Source of the DNA: Octopus sinensis
Taxonomy: Eukaryota
Direction of reading: 5' to 3'
Length of the DNA stretch: 64,000 bases
NCBI RefSeq assembly: GCF_006345805.1
Contig: NC_043006.1
Coordinates: 101,370,001-101,434,000, forward strand
Shown: in pieces, positions 12,303-23,807 of the stretch
How positions within the stretch are numbered: position 1 is the first letter of the stretch
Layout: every line of letters begins with the position of its first letter
Program-made: the position numbers and the translations under genes
Notes under the pieces: model-generated
What the model was told of the DNA's origin: nothing
What the model saw: the letters and a program-made list of their open reading frames with translations, nothing else
Databases searched by the model: none

Positions 12303-13265
12303 TCATAACAATAGTTATTACAATGATGTAGTGATGAGTATTATAACAATGTTACTATCACATGGCAGTGGTTGTAGAAGTAATAATATGAAGAGTAAAT
12401 TTTAACTGTAAATCAACAGAATTTAAATAACTAGGAAAAATATTAACTATTGAGGTAATATTTCATTATGTTGTTAATCATTTATGTTACTTCTCGTAGT
12501 AGTAGTAGTAGTAGTAGTAGTTATGGCAGCTTTATTGATATAAATATAGTATTTAGAAAGTGAATATTAAAAAAAAAGAAACTAAATTGAAATATTTCCT
12601 CTTAAGACTTCATAAAAGCTTTCTTGCTCAAACCAATTTGTTTCCAGTGTCTGTTAGCTCATGATTTATGTAGTGCACACACTGAGGGAATAGTAATCAA
12701 ATATCAAATATTTGCACCTTTTGATTGACTATTTGTAACTGTGGTATCCACCAATAAGTATTTAGCACTTTTTCTGAGAAAAAGCAAATGGGATTTGCAA
12801 TGTTAATGTTTTTTTCCAAGTATTTCAACAATGCAAGAAAAAAGAAGTAATGAAAAAGCTTATAACTAAAAGTTGAAACCAAATAATGGACATAGCTCTT
12901 CAGGAGCCTCTTCCCATTATTCTATGAAAATATTATTTCTTTATCATTCGAGGGTTACATCTGTTTCTCTACATTTATGGATTTTTTTGTGTCCAATGAG
13001 AAACAGATTAACTTAGTCCTACTTCCTTAAAAAAATACATATATCTCAATTAATGAAAGACAAAACAGCAGGAATTATATACTCGCTTTCTCAAGATTAC
13101 AGCTGCTTCTACTGTAACTATGTTTGCACACAGTATGCACTACTGACTTGATGATTTACTATAAAGTATAATTACTTTGAGTTCTAGCAACTGGTTATTA
13201 GTATCACTATACCTAAGTGGAGTCATTTAAATATATATATATATATATATAATATATATATATAT

Positions 13266-14144
13266 CAGGATGTTCCAAAAGTCACTGATGGGTTTCAATT
13301 TTTAATAACTTCCATAACTTTACAAACAAATGCACAAAATGTTGATACAATATGAAGGATATAATGGAAATTAATATGCACATGTCAAACTTTGCAACAC
13401 CACTACATCACATAGAAAATGACATTACTTAAATGGCAGCCATTTTCAGCTTTGCACGCCCATGCTCTTTCCAAACCTTGCACCATAACACCTTCAAGAG
13501 TTTCAGACCCCACTTCTCTGATTTCTCTTTGATTTCTCTATTGATGTTCTTCAGTTGCACAGGGTCTCCAGTTTGTTGATGTAAACCCTCTCTTTCAGGT
13601 TTGTTGACATAAACCCTCTCTTGCAGGCCAGTTGACATTGTCATAGTAGGAGATTATTCTCTCTCCAAAGCACTGCCATAGCAGCTGCATTGTTTCTCTT
13701 GCAGTATGAGCAATTATCCCATCTTGCTGTAACTATGTGTGAGGTCTACTTTAAATGGCCTTCACATTCCCCAGACTTGACTAGCTTGGATTTTTTTCTT
13801 GTGGGAATACCTGCAAAAGAGGATTTACGTCAACAAGCTGAACACCCTGGTGCAACTGAAGGAGAACATCAGTAGAAAAATCAGAGAAGTGGAGTCTGAA
13901 ACTCCTGAGTGTGTTTTGGTGAAAGATTTGGAAAGAGCATGGGCGTGCAAAGCCAGAAATGGCTGACATTTAAGTGATGTCATTTTTCATGTGATGTAGT
14001 GGTTTTACAAAATTGGACTTGTGCATATTAATTTCCATTATGTCCTTTATATTGTATCAAAATTTCATAATTTCATGCATTTATTTGTAAAGTTAAGGAA
14101 GTTATTAAAACTCGAAACCCATCACTGACTTTTGGGACATCCTG
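13266..14144. mobile_element. Fold-back Tc1/mariner derivative (DD41D, rosa-type) built from two transposon right ends
   Basis: TIR CAGGATGTYCCAAAAGTCA at both ends, TA context; long inverted arms. Minus arm encodes QQDGIIAHTARETMQLL..VNWPA; plus arm encodes WPSHSPDLTSLDFF then (frameshift) LWEYLQKRIYVNK..NG*HLSDVIFH. Confidence 0.88.
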
Positions 14145-14329
14145 TATATATCTATGTGTGTGTGTAGGTGGTTTGGGGCTAGGAAGCAGTATCTAAACCC
14201 CTTGTAGGCCATCCTACTAGTTTAGTCAATGCAGTTAAAGTTAAACTTGACTCTATCATCAGAACACATTTTGTTGAGAAAGGCATGGTGTCAGAAAGTG
14301 ATGTAAGTTCTGGTAAGAAAGATTTCTAA

Positions 14330-14570
14330 TATACTTATTGAAAATATATACATGTGAGTTAAGACAATTACTTAAGGATCAGTAGACACAAAAGGGTGGG
14401 AGGTATGTTTAGTTATGGTGAGTAATCCATCTGTTAGCACAGAAAAGTAGAGGCTTTTGCAGTAATAGCAGTAACGCTGCAGCTTTAAATGTAGGGTAAT
14501 TGTGGGAAGAGGAGATATGATAGTGGTTGTAAGTCTTGGTAAATGGTTGACTTTTCAGTTATGCTGCATT
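14330..14570 (-). pseudogene. Possible ancient L2/CR1-group LINE 3' relic
   Basis: Minus strand reads LQPLSY and degenerate downstream similarity to the C-terminal LQPLSHRR..SLFY motif; weak. Confidence 0.25.
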
Positions 14571-15072
14571 TAATTTTTTTCTTTTGCTTATTTCTCATGA
14601 CATAATTGAGAATGTTTGCATGACTGGCAGCTGCAATGAGCTATACATGTGAGGTTCACTTTTGCTTTGTAAGGGATATATGACTATTCAGAAAACTAAA
14701 GTATTTTCTAGGCCTGAAAAACAAGTTCAGCTTATGGCATCAGTTTTTGTCTCTATCATAAACACATAGTGACTCTGAAAGATCATTAGATATTGTAAAG
14801 CTTATTATATGTAGAGCCTTAATATTTTTGCTGCATGCTTGTAATTAGTAGTGAGGTGTAATAATGTATTTTTTACATATATAAATTAATAAAAACGGAT
14901 AGTTTCAATGTTATACCATAAAGGAGAATTACAGTCATCAACTAAACATGACTAAGGCTGTCAAGACCTCTGCATTGCTAGAAATAAGAGCTAAAATGCT
15001 CCAATACTGTTATAAAGCATGTAACATATTCTGACAGGGGCTGCAATTGCCTCAAACACAGAACCAAGAATT

Positions 15073-15102
<30 letters not shown>

Positions 15103-15105
<3 letters not shown>

Positions 15106-15168
15106 TCATCATCATCATCATCATCGTTTAACGTCCGCTTTCCGCGCTAGCACGGGTTGGACGGTTTC
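15103..15168 (-). mobile_element. Short RTE-type 3'-tail fragment inside (TA)n
   Basis: (CAT)n CGTTTAACGTCCGCTTTCCGCGCTAGCACGGGTTGGACGG, TA repeats on both sides. Confidence 0.8.
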
Positions 15169-15191
15169 GAATATATATATATATATATATA

Positions 15192-15413
15192 TTTCTTTAC
15201 TGCCCACAAGGGGCTAAACATAGAGGGAACAAACAAGGACAGACAAAGGGATTAAGTCAATTACATCGACCCCAGTGCGAAACTGGTACTTTATCGACCC
15301 CGAAAGGATGAAAAGCAAAGTCGACCTCGGCGGAATTTGAACTCAGAACGTAACAACAGACGAAATACCGCTAAGCATTTCGCCCGACACGCTAACGTTT
15401 CTGCCAGCTCGCC
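15192..15413 (-). mobile_element. Well-preserved Deu/Nin-like tRNA SINE inside (TA)n
   Basis: Minus strand GGCGAGCTGGCAGAAACGTTAGC..GAGTTCAAATTCCGCCGAGGTCGACTTTGC..; TA arrays on both flanks. Confidence 0.88.
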
Positions 15414-15869
15414 ATATATATATATATGATAATTATGTCTCAGTACTAATAACTAAAACTACAGTCATGTAACTAATTCAGTGTTTCAGCAATGTTTCAG
15501 AAATTTGTTCACAGATGGAATCTGGCAGGAGGTATCATGATTGTGTATGCATGAGACATTTGTGAAAGTAAATGGTTAGGGTTAAGGAAGATGATATGAT
15601 CTATATTTTTTGTATGTTTTAGTTTGGAGGGAAGAATGTACCCATGTCACTTTACAAGGCCTCTGAGGCTGGTAAAAAGTAGAGAGGAAGGCATCCTCGA
15701 ACCAGAGACCTGGCTGAAGAAGTCCTTACAGTAGAGTGATTCTGCTAAATGCACCTAGGTGTAAACCTTATGACTGATTACATACACTACCCAAGAAACC
15801 CATAGAGGGGCTCGGTTCAGAATGCAGAAGCATGTATAAAGACTTGTCAAGCCAAGTGAAATTGTATTT

Positions 15870-16091
15870 GTAACCAATGCCAGTGCCATGTCACTGGCAC
15901 CTGTGCCGATGGTACATGAAATCACTGATACTGGTGGCACATAAAAAGCATCCATTACTCTCTTGGAGTGGTTGACGTTATGAAACCATGCCAAATCAGA
16001 TTGGAATTTAGTGCTGCTCTCTGGCTTACCAGTTCCAGTCAAACTGGCTAACCCATCATGCCAGCATGGAAAGCAGATACTAAATGATGAT
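15870..16091 (+). mobile_element. Diverged RTE-type 3'-tail element
   Basis: GGTGGCACATAAAAAGCATCC..CATGCCAGCATGGAAAGCAGATACTAAATGATGAT. Confidence 0.7.
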
Positions 16092-16139
16092 ATACTGCAA
16101 GATATCTGGTCTGACATTTTTACATTTCCACCAGTCCAT

Positions 16140-16255
16140 CATCCAGGACTGGTATTTTGTTGTTGAGCCTGAAAATATGAAAGGCAAAGCTGACCATGGC
16201 AGGACTTGATCTTGAAATACAGAAAGTCAGGACAAATGTGGCAAGACATTTTATT
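16140..16255 (-). mobile_element. Degenerate Deu/Nin-like SINE fragment
   Basis: ATGAAAGGCAAAGCTGACC..GGCAGGACTTGA matches reverse of the family core. Confidence 0.55.
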
Positions 16256-18227
16256 TACATATTTAGCCACCAAATTATTAACTATTTCTGTATTGGTGCA
16301 GTTTGTTTGTTTGAATACTTGTTTTTACCCTGACAACTAAAATTTTAAAAATTCATATTTTTTTTTTTTTTTGTAAACCAGTGATTCCCAAGCAGATTAA
16401 CAAGTCCTTTCTTTTCTTTTCTGTTTTTCTTTTTTAATGAGTATAAGCCTAAATCAACTTTACTATAAATGAAATTCACAAAATTTAGGTCATATGAAGT
16501 ACAAAACCAGTTTCATGATAATTGAAATCCATTTGAAATAAAGTCAAGTTATTTAGCAATATAGCAATAGAGGTTGTGCTATAATAGACGTACAAAATAC
16601 ATTTATATACTGATTTATTGCAAAAAAATATCTAACTTTTGTTTGAAATTTTCATTTTCTTACTAATATTGGATCAGATATTTCTCTTTATTGGGTAACA
16701 GAATTGGAAAGATGTGCATGATTTTCTTTCTATGTCCTGTTTGTTTAATATCTGCATTTATATTCATTATATAGACACATACGTTTCAATTAGTAGCTTT
16801 TGTGTGCATGGCACCACACTATTTTCAAAGTAATGTACATTAACATTCACTAATATGACTAATGTTTGACGTTATATAAATAAAAGGAAAGAAAATCAGT
16901 ATATTAAGATTAACTGATATCTGTTAACCTTGTGAAACTTACTGGTCAGGAAAAATTTTAAGTTGTATGATAGATCCAAAATTTCCTGTTCTGAACAAAA
17001 GAAATTTTTCATTTGAAAGATATCTTTAACCTGAGGAGCTTTATAAGATAGGTGGAGCATATACACATTGACATGCATGCACATATATACAGAAATATGC
17101 ATGTTTGCTTTCTTTTAAAAGAAGTTCAGGCTGAGTTGGCCATCAACATGCAATGGGTTAAAAGGGTTTTGTGTTAAAAGATTTAAGAGCTCTGACTATT
17201 TGCCTTACATTTAAAGGAAAATGAATCATTTCCAATTGAGAAAAAAAGTGTGAAATAGAAGAGAGTTTAAAATTTTTACTTAAAGCAAAACCATAAAAGC
17301 TGTTGATGTGTAATAGTTTAAAAGGAATAGATATTAAAAGATTAAGAAAGATATATCTATTTGCCTTTTTCTTAAAGGAGAAAAAGAAACAAACTTCTTT
17401 CAAAAATGCAAGATGAAAGAAGTTGTATTGCTCAAACAGCCTGGTGAATAAACATTTATAAATTCTTTAATTGTTCCATTAAGTCTATATAGGCTCTACA
17501 TTTCATAAATCTTACTTAGAGACTTAAGATACAATATAAGTTATATTTGTCTATTTTAGATTTATTTTATATCTAGAATTAAAATATATTTACTTTTTAC
17601 ATGATCTCTATGTAGTTTTGACAAATGTCACTATATATAAATACAAAAAGCCCAATCAATTATCTTTCTTTTCTTTCTCCCTCTCTCTGCACAGTTTTTG
17701 TTTCACAAACACATGAAAAAGTACTCAATGTGTATTGTAGAGTGTAATTATATTGTATATGGTTGGTTCTTTTCTTCATTGCTACAAGGAGTTGGTTGCC
17801 CATTTTTAACATTACTTTGGGCACTGCTACTTGTAAAAAAGTAAAGGAAACTCATTCTTGCACTCAATGGGTTTCAGCATAACCATGTTCAAAATTCTGC
17901 TTTGCAACAATAATGACTTAAAATTTTGATCCCATTGTGTGGTACTGTGTCTTTTACTCTTACACTGGATTGATCCTACTGTGTAGAAGCACATTGGGTG
18001 CTCTGTACCAGTAATCTAAATTGTCACTGATTCTCTTGGAGAATTGTGTTAATGTTCTGAAATATTTTTCTGTATATTAAAGTCTGAATATTAAGACTGA
18101 ATATAGTCTGAATATCAAGGCTCTGGGATATTTAGTAATTTTGCCATGAATAGATTGTTCACTTGATCAATTAGATACTTGTTCATAATTTTTGATAAGA
18201 GAGCTCATCCTCATCTATGTTATGTGT

Positions 18228-18338
18228 GTGTGTGTGTGTGCATTTATCTATCTGTCTGTCTGTCTACCTATCTGTCTATCTATCTGTCTATCTATCTGTC
18301 TATCTATCTGTCTACCTATCTGTCTACCTATCTATCTA

Positions 18339-18377
<39 letters not shown>

Positions 18378-18522
18378 ACCTATCTGTCTACCTATCTGTC
18401 TACCTATCTGTCTATCTATCTGTCTATCTATCTATCTGTCTGTTTGTCTGTCTGTCTGTCTACCTATCTGTCTACCTATCTGTCTACCTATCTGTCTATC
18501 TATCTGTCTATCTATCTATCTA

Positions 18523-18570
<48 letters not shown>

Positions 18571-18646
18571 CCTGTTTGTCTACCTCTCTGTCTGTCTGTC
18601 TGTCTGTCTGTCTACCTATCTGTCTATCTATCTGTCTACCTATGTG

Positions 18647-18682
<36 letters not shown>

Positions 18683-18814
18683 CCTATCTGTCTACCTATC
18701 TATCTATCTGTCTGTCTGTCTGTCTACCTGTCTGTCTACCTCTCTGTCTGTCTGTCTGTCTATCTGTCTACCTATCTGTCTACCTATCTGTCTACCTATC
18801 TATCTACCTATCTT

Positions 18815-18857
<43 letters not shown>

Positions 18858-18882
18858 GTCTGTCTGTCTGTCTGTCTACCTC

Positions 18883-18913
<31 letters not shown>

Positions 18914-18920
18914 GTCTATT
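18228..18920. repeat. Compound (TCTA/TCTG/CCTA)n tetranucleotide array (GATA/GACA type)
   Basis: About 700 bp of ctat/ctgt/ctac units; source of the 243-318 aa spurious ORFs. Confidence 0.95.
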
Positions 18921-18964
18921 TAATAAAGTTAATGCACATATGTGTGTTTATACTCAGTATCAGT

Positions 18965-19075
18965 TAACATTCATCTTTCATGCTGGCATGTGTGGGATGG
19001 TTCAGCGTGATCCGATGAGTCAAAAGACTACATCATGCTTCAGAGTCTGCTTTGGCATAGTTTCTATGGCTGGTT
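18965..19075 (-). mobile_element. Degenerate RTE-type 3'-tail fragment
   Basis: TTTCATGCTGGCATG..TTTGGCATAGTTTCTATGGCTGG. Confidence 0.55.
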
Positions 19076-19237
19076 TAGGTATGGGTATGATTTTAAAATT
19101 CACTTTGAAGCTATGTGATTTCAGGTTTGCGTGGTACTTTGTGCAAATATTTTCTACTACAGCCTTGGGCTGAGCAATGCCATATGAGTGAATTTCAAAA
19201 AAGGAAATGATACAGAAACCCATCATATGCATGTTTG

Positions 19238-19550
19238 TTTATATCAACCACCTCACCAACAACAACACTGAACACCTTTTTGATCTTCATGTGTCTAACA
19301 CACGTGGACATGCCTACAAAGTCAGAAAACAACACAGCTCCCATGACTTTCGGAAACATTTTTTCACGCTCAGAGTTGCTGAAGCATGGAACAAACTGCC
19401 TGCGTCAGTTGTTGACTGCCATGACACTGCATCCTTTAAGGCCCTCATGCTTTCCGAAATCCGCCGAAACTACACCTGATTATATATACACTTTATATGA
19501 GTTGTAGTGCACCTGAGCACTGTACGCAATGTTTTTATTATTATTATTAT
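19238..19550 (+). mobile_element. CR1-type LINE 3' end (5'-truncated)
   Basis: Encodes SNTRGHAYKVRKQHSSHDFRKHFFTLRVAEAWNKLPASVV..SFK, the CR1 ORF2 C-terminus; short 3' UTR and (ATT)n tail. Confidence 0.88.
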
Positions 19551-20379
19551 GGACTCTCTTGTCATTAGACAACAGATGAGGGTTCCACAATTTCTTGTTG
19601 AACATTCACATTGATGATTCGTTTATAGTGATCAAATGTTCGTGTTTACATAATCTCATTTCCTCCATCAATTTGACATTGTCTATACGGGTGCACACGT
19701 GTGTCACATATCAAGTGTTGAAATGATTGCCGTGCAATGTGAAATAGCATTTTGCCCATAAACACTGTCTGAAAATTGAAACCATGATCTTGTGATCATG
19801 AGTGCAACACACCAACCACTATATAGATAATATGTATGTATATTTATATCATCATAACTTTGTTATTGATACCGCAAGAACTGCCTAGCTGCTGGGTAAT
19901 TTGTTTATGAATTGTCGCAATTAGCTGGCATTGTTAATCAAAAGCAGGGATGATGCTTCCACATAAACATCATCCTGGTAGCTCAGTGGTTCATGTGGTT
20001 CATGTGGAGTCAGGGAACAAAAAAAAAAACCTTAAAAACATGGAGGAGCCAACATCAGCAAATATCTCCAGCTCAAGAATACTCTCTCATCAAGTTGCGT
20101 TCAATTCATGCTAACATAGAAAAGTATCAGGACAAAATCCCACCCACCCCCACACAAATTTTAAACAAAGCTATCAACTAATATTACATTTTTTTTATAA
20201 AATTTCCCTTTCCTAAAATATTTTTATTGTAACAAAACAACAATATCCAAGGGGATATTGATTGGCAGGGGATTTTGTCCTAGTACCCATTGAAAAGAAC
20301 ATGTAAAAATGATGATGACAGCACAAAAGTTCATCATTGTTGTTGTCGTCATCATTGCTGCTACCGTTGTTGTTGTCCT

Positions 20380-20480
20380 CCCCCTCTATGTTGGCATGGT
20401 TTGGATGGTTTGACCGGATCTGACATGTCCAAGGACCTCATCTAGCCCCAATGTCTGCTTTGGCATGATTGTTAAGGGTG
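20380..20480 (-). mobile_element. Degenerate RTE-type 3'-tail fragment
   Basis: ATGTTGGCATGGTTTGGATGGTTTGAC..AATGTCTGCTTTGGCATG. Confidence 0.5.
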
Positions 20481-20559
20481 AATTGCTACTTTTGTGGATG
20501 GATAAACATAAAGTAAAAGACAAGATAAACATAAAATATAAAAAAAAAAAATTCTTGGC

Positions 20560-20800
20560 AATGAATTCACATAGAAAATCTTGTAACTAACAGTAAAAGC
20601 TGTTGATATATCATTCTTCTGATGACATTACCAAGATATGAGCTTATAGTAAGAAAATGTGTAGGATGTCCTGCCCAGGTTTCAATGGAGCAGTGTGTTC
20701 CAAATGGAATGCAGAGTACTCTACCAAACTTGTTTGTGGGTAAAGTCCTTATGGTTATATTCTGCCCAGAAATTTCAAATCTCATTTGAATTTGAAATGA
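20560..20800 (-). pseudogene. Degraded L2/CR1-group LINE ORF2 C-terminal relic
   Basis: Minus translation HCSIETWAGHPTHFLTI..IRRMIYQQL resembles LEYCSHIWAG....L..LD.IQRRA.R.I. Confidence 0.4.
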
Positions 20801-22214
20801 AATCATTCTATCTGTTCAGATTACAATATCGAGCTCCTATTGGGGCAACAACAACAACAACAACAACATGATCAGCATGCATTAATCAGATACTATTGTA
20901 TGTTTAGAGAGACAGGCTCTGTGGCAATATATTGCTAAACTAAAGTCTGGTTCCTGCATCTCATTGTAGTAATTTTCTATGCCTTGTTTGTGACCTTAGG
21001 AAAGGCATACATGTCACATCTTCCAATACTCTTTTTATATATATTTTATAGATTTGTGTTTTGAGAACATTATTATCTTCATCATAATCAGACAAATATT
21101 TCTACCTTACTTTAGCATTTAGTTTATTATTATTATTTTTTTTTAGAACTCTGCAACTAAATTTTAGACAAAATATAAAATAAATAGAAAGTAAATAATA
21201 ATAATAATAAAAATGCTTGGTTAAATTTATGATATATTGAAATCTATAACGTTAGAAAGACAACAAATGTCTTGAAATATAAATATTTATTTGTGTGTGG
21301 GAATGTGTATGTGTGTATGTGGATGTGTGTGTATGTATATGAGAGAGATACACAATAACAATAAAATGTTGAAATAAGCCTACATAGGAGGTCATGTTTT
21401 TAAATATTTTGTGATGTGGACAAAATTGTCTTGTCAATTAATATTGATGATATTTTGGGAAAAGTAAAATATATAAATGTATGAATATTTCTTTTTAAAA
21501 GAGAAACAAAAACAAATATGTCTAATGTTTGTTTTCTTTTATAGTTTACTCGCTATTAAATTGTGAAAGCAGCAGTTGTAGGTTTTCTGTTTAGACTACG
21601 TATGTTATAAAATAAGGAAGTCAATAATCTGTTAATTTGTATTTTGTTCCTATTTATTTGTAATTATATAATGTTTTATAGAATTACATTAACTATGGGA
21701 TTAATTTATTGGTCTGCTGATCACAAGGTCATGAAGAGAAATGTTTGCTACAATGTGTTGTGATCTTAGGAACTTCTTGTGACTGTTAGTCTGGCCACCC
21801 TTATTTCATAAGTGAGAAAAGTCAATAAGTATTCAATCAGCTGGAAAAATAAATAGTTGTTCTAGCAATTCACATGGAAACTACTAATTTTGTAAAAGCT
21901 ACCCTACTTAATCTAGAATGGAAAATTAAATATGAAGCAATTGGAAATACTCATGTTGATATAATCATAATCTTTAGCAAGACTGGTGCCTCCTATTAAA
22001 TCAATGAAGTTATCCAGTCTATAGAAACCTATTTATGAATATCCTATAAAATATAACTATTCAACAGAGTGATGATTGGGTTATCTGTGGAAGTTCTTAA
22101 ACCTTGTACAAATTAAATCTAACAGTTTTTAAGTATTAAAAGAACTATTAAATTTTATGTCTCTATCTCCTTTTATATTTCTTTGCTTGCAACTAAAAAT
22201 ATTGGTTTCATATT

Positions 22215-22330
22215 TTGGCACAAGGCCAGCAATTTCAGAGGAGGGAAGTACCAGTTGAGCATGGAACACTCATGCTCTACTGGTACTTATTTTATCAACC
22301 CCAAAAGGATGAAAGGCAAAGTCAACTCCT
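22215..22330 (-). mobile_element. Deu/Nin-like SINE 3' fragment
   Basis: GGCACAAGGCCAGCAATTT..TGGTACTTATTTTATCAACCCCAAAAGGATGAAAGGCAAAGTCAAC. Confidence 0.75.
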
Positions 22331-22419
22331 ACTCGTAACTAAAAATATTATGAAAAGACCCAGCTCTAATGAGTTCTTGTCATTTGTTGTTTCATGTTAG
22401 AATAAGTTTTGGTTACAAA

Positions 22420-22835
22420 CTAACAAACATTCTATATTTCTGAGATGAGGAATTTTCATATTACGTATCATTTGGAGTGATGACCTTATCTTGTCTTCAA
22501 GTGTCTGAATGAAGAACAGAGTGTACACAGCCAAAATGTAATGAAAGCAACTATCAAGATGAGGACAACAGTCTAATATATATGGTGTACATAATATAAA
22601 ATTCCTCATCTCAAAAATATAGGATTGTAATATTTTCATATAATCAATAATGTGTTCACTATCAAAGCTTTATCAAAAAAACCAAAGATAATAAAATCTG
22701 AATTTAATTCCAGGTACAGCACTAAGGTGAATCACAAGAAACCTAGAGAAAGGTGGAGCATACACAACTGAAACGTAGTGAAAGCAACAGCTAAGATGGG
22801 GACATCACTCCAACTACATAATATAAACTAAGAAA
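22420..22835. mobile_element. Cluster of degenerate Penelope-like terminal-repeat relics (second family)
   Basis: Inverted tail piece (22425-22495) and two plus copies (about 22500-22630, 22735-22830) sharing AAGATGRGGACA and the AATTCCTCATCTC..AAATATAG tail with the family at 62495-62765; decayed CTGA..GAAAC cores. Confidence 0.55.
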
Positions 22836-22840
22836 AAACC

Positions 22841-23100
22841 TACATTATTTGCATTATTTACATTCGGCAGATATTTGTCCTCATCTTGTTTGTTGTTAAC
22901 ACATTGTTTCAACTGATATACCCTCCAGCCTTCTTCAGGTGTCTTGGGGAAATTTTGAACCTGGGTTCTCATTCCTAAGGTATTTTTGATATTATTATTA
23001 TTATTATTATTATTATTGTTACTCTTCAGGTCACTGTTTGGAATTGAACTCAGGATCTTGCGGTTAGTAGCCTGCGCTCTTAACCACTATGCCATATGCC
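22841..23100 (-). mobile_element. tRNA-headed, hammerhead-containing Penelope-type repeat
   Basis: Minus strand: TGGCATAGTGGTTAAGAGC..GAGTTCAATTCC head, (AAT)n, GACAC-CTGAAGA-A-GGCTGG..TCAGTT-GAAA-CAAT-GTGTT. Confidence 0.8.
22898..22943 (-). ncRNA. Decayed minimal type I hammerhead ribozyme motif
   Basis: Core CTGAAGA and GAAA intact, stem I GACAC/GTGTT; the UH site is mutated to AT and stem II is weakened. Confidence 0.6.
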
Positions 23101-23108
23101 TGTGGGCA

Positions 23109-23237
23109 AGTGATTAAGAGCATGGGCTACTAACCCCAAGATTCCGAGTTCAATTCCATGCAGTGACCTGAACAATAACAATAATAACATCAAAAAATAC
23201 TTTAGGAATGAGAATCCCTCTTAAATATAGAACTGTA
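23109..23237 (+). mobile_element. Partner copy of the same repeat, hammerhead segment deleted, 3' tail retained
   Basis: AGTGATTAAGAGCATGGGCTACTAACCCCAAGATTCCGAGTTCAATTCC..GAGAATCC joined directly to CTCTTAAATATAGAACTGTA. Confidence 0.8.
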
Positions 23238-23807
23238 ACAAACAGCCTATAGAATTTTTTCAGCTACCCTTTTAGAATCCAAATTCACCATATTTTGAGA
23301 TCTTTCCAGATTTTAAGGATTGAAAACAGATACCTTCTTCAGTCAAGTCTTTGCCGACTTTTTCAAGTTCCACTTAAGAAGAGAAATAAATGTGGAGAGA
23401 GAAGTTCATTTCCCCAGCAAATTTGCCAAAAGGTGGATGATTGTGACAAAAAATTAGTTAGGGTCAACGGAACTACTGTAAGCATATATCTGTTGATTAA
23501 TAGTGAGGTAAGAATTTGTGCCTTTGGTGGTTGGTCAGGTCGATAGGCCCTAGCTGGAGGCTCTCTTCTATCAGGAGGACTGCATTATCCAAGTGTTCAC
23601 ATATTTTGTTTAGAATGTAAACATTTTTTCCATCTCATTTCCCCTCCCGTCCCTTCTCTTTATCCTTATTTGTAAACCTGCAGACAAATTAGATGCTGTC
23701 CTTGTAATTTCCACCTCATCTGATGCCCCAGTAGCAAATAAGTGAAATCATCATTATCATCATCGTCATCATCATTATTATCATAATTAATATCATAATT
23801 ATTATTG

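Noticed and set aside
14182-14292. Plus-strand candidate exon EAVSKPLVGHPT..
   Set aside because: Weak acceptor, adjacent to LINE-like relic sequence, no homology recognised.
18179-19173. Long ORFs of 243-318 aa
   Set aside because: Translations of the TCTA/TCTG array; no coding signal.
19944-19978. GGATGATG/CATCATCC hairpin as a snoRNA or miRNA
   Set aside because: Only an 8-bp stem of trinucleotide character; no C/D boxes.
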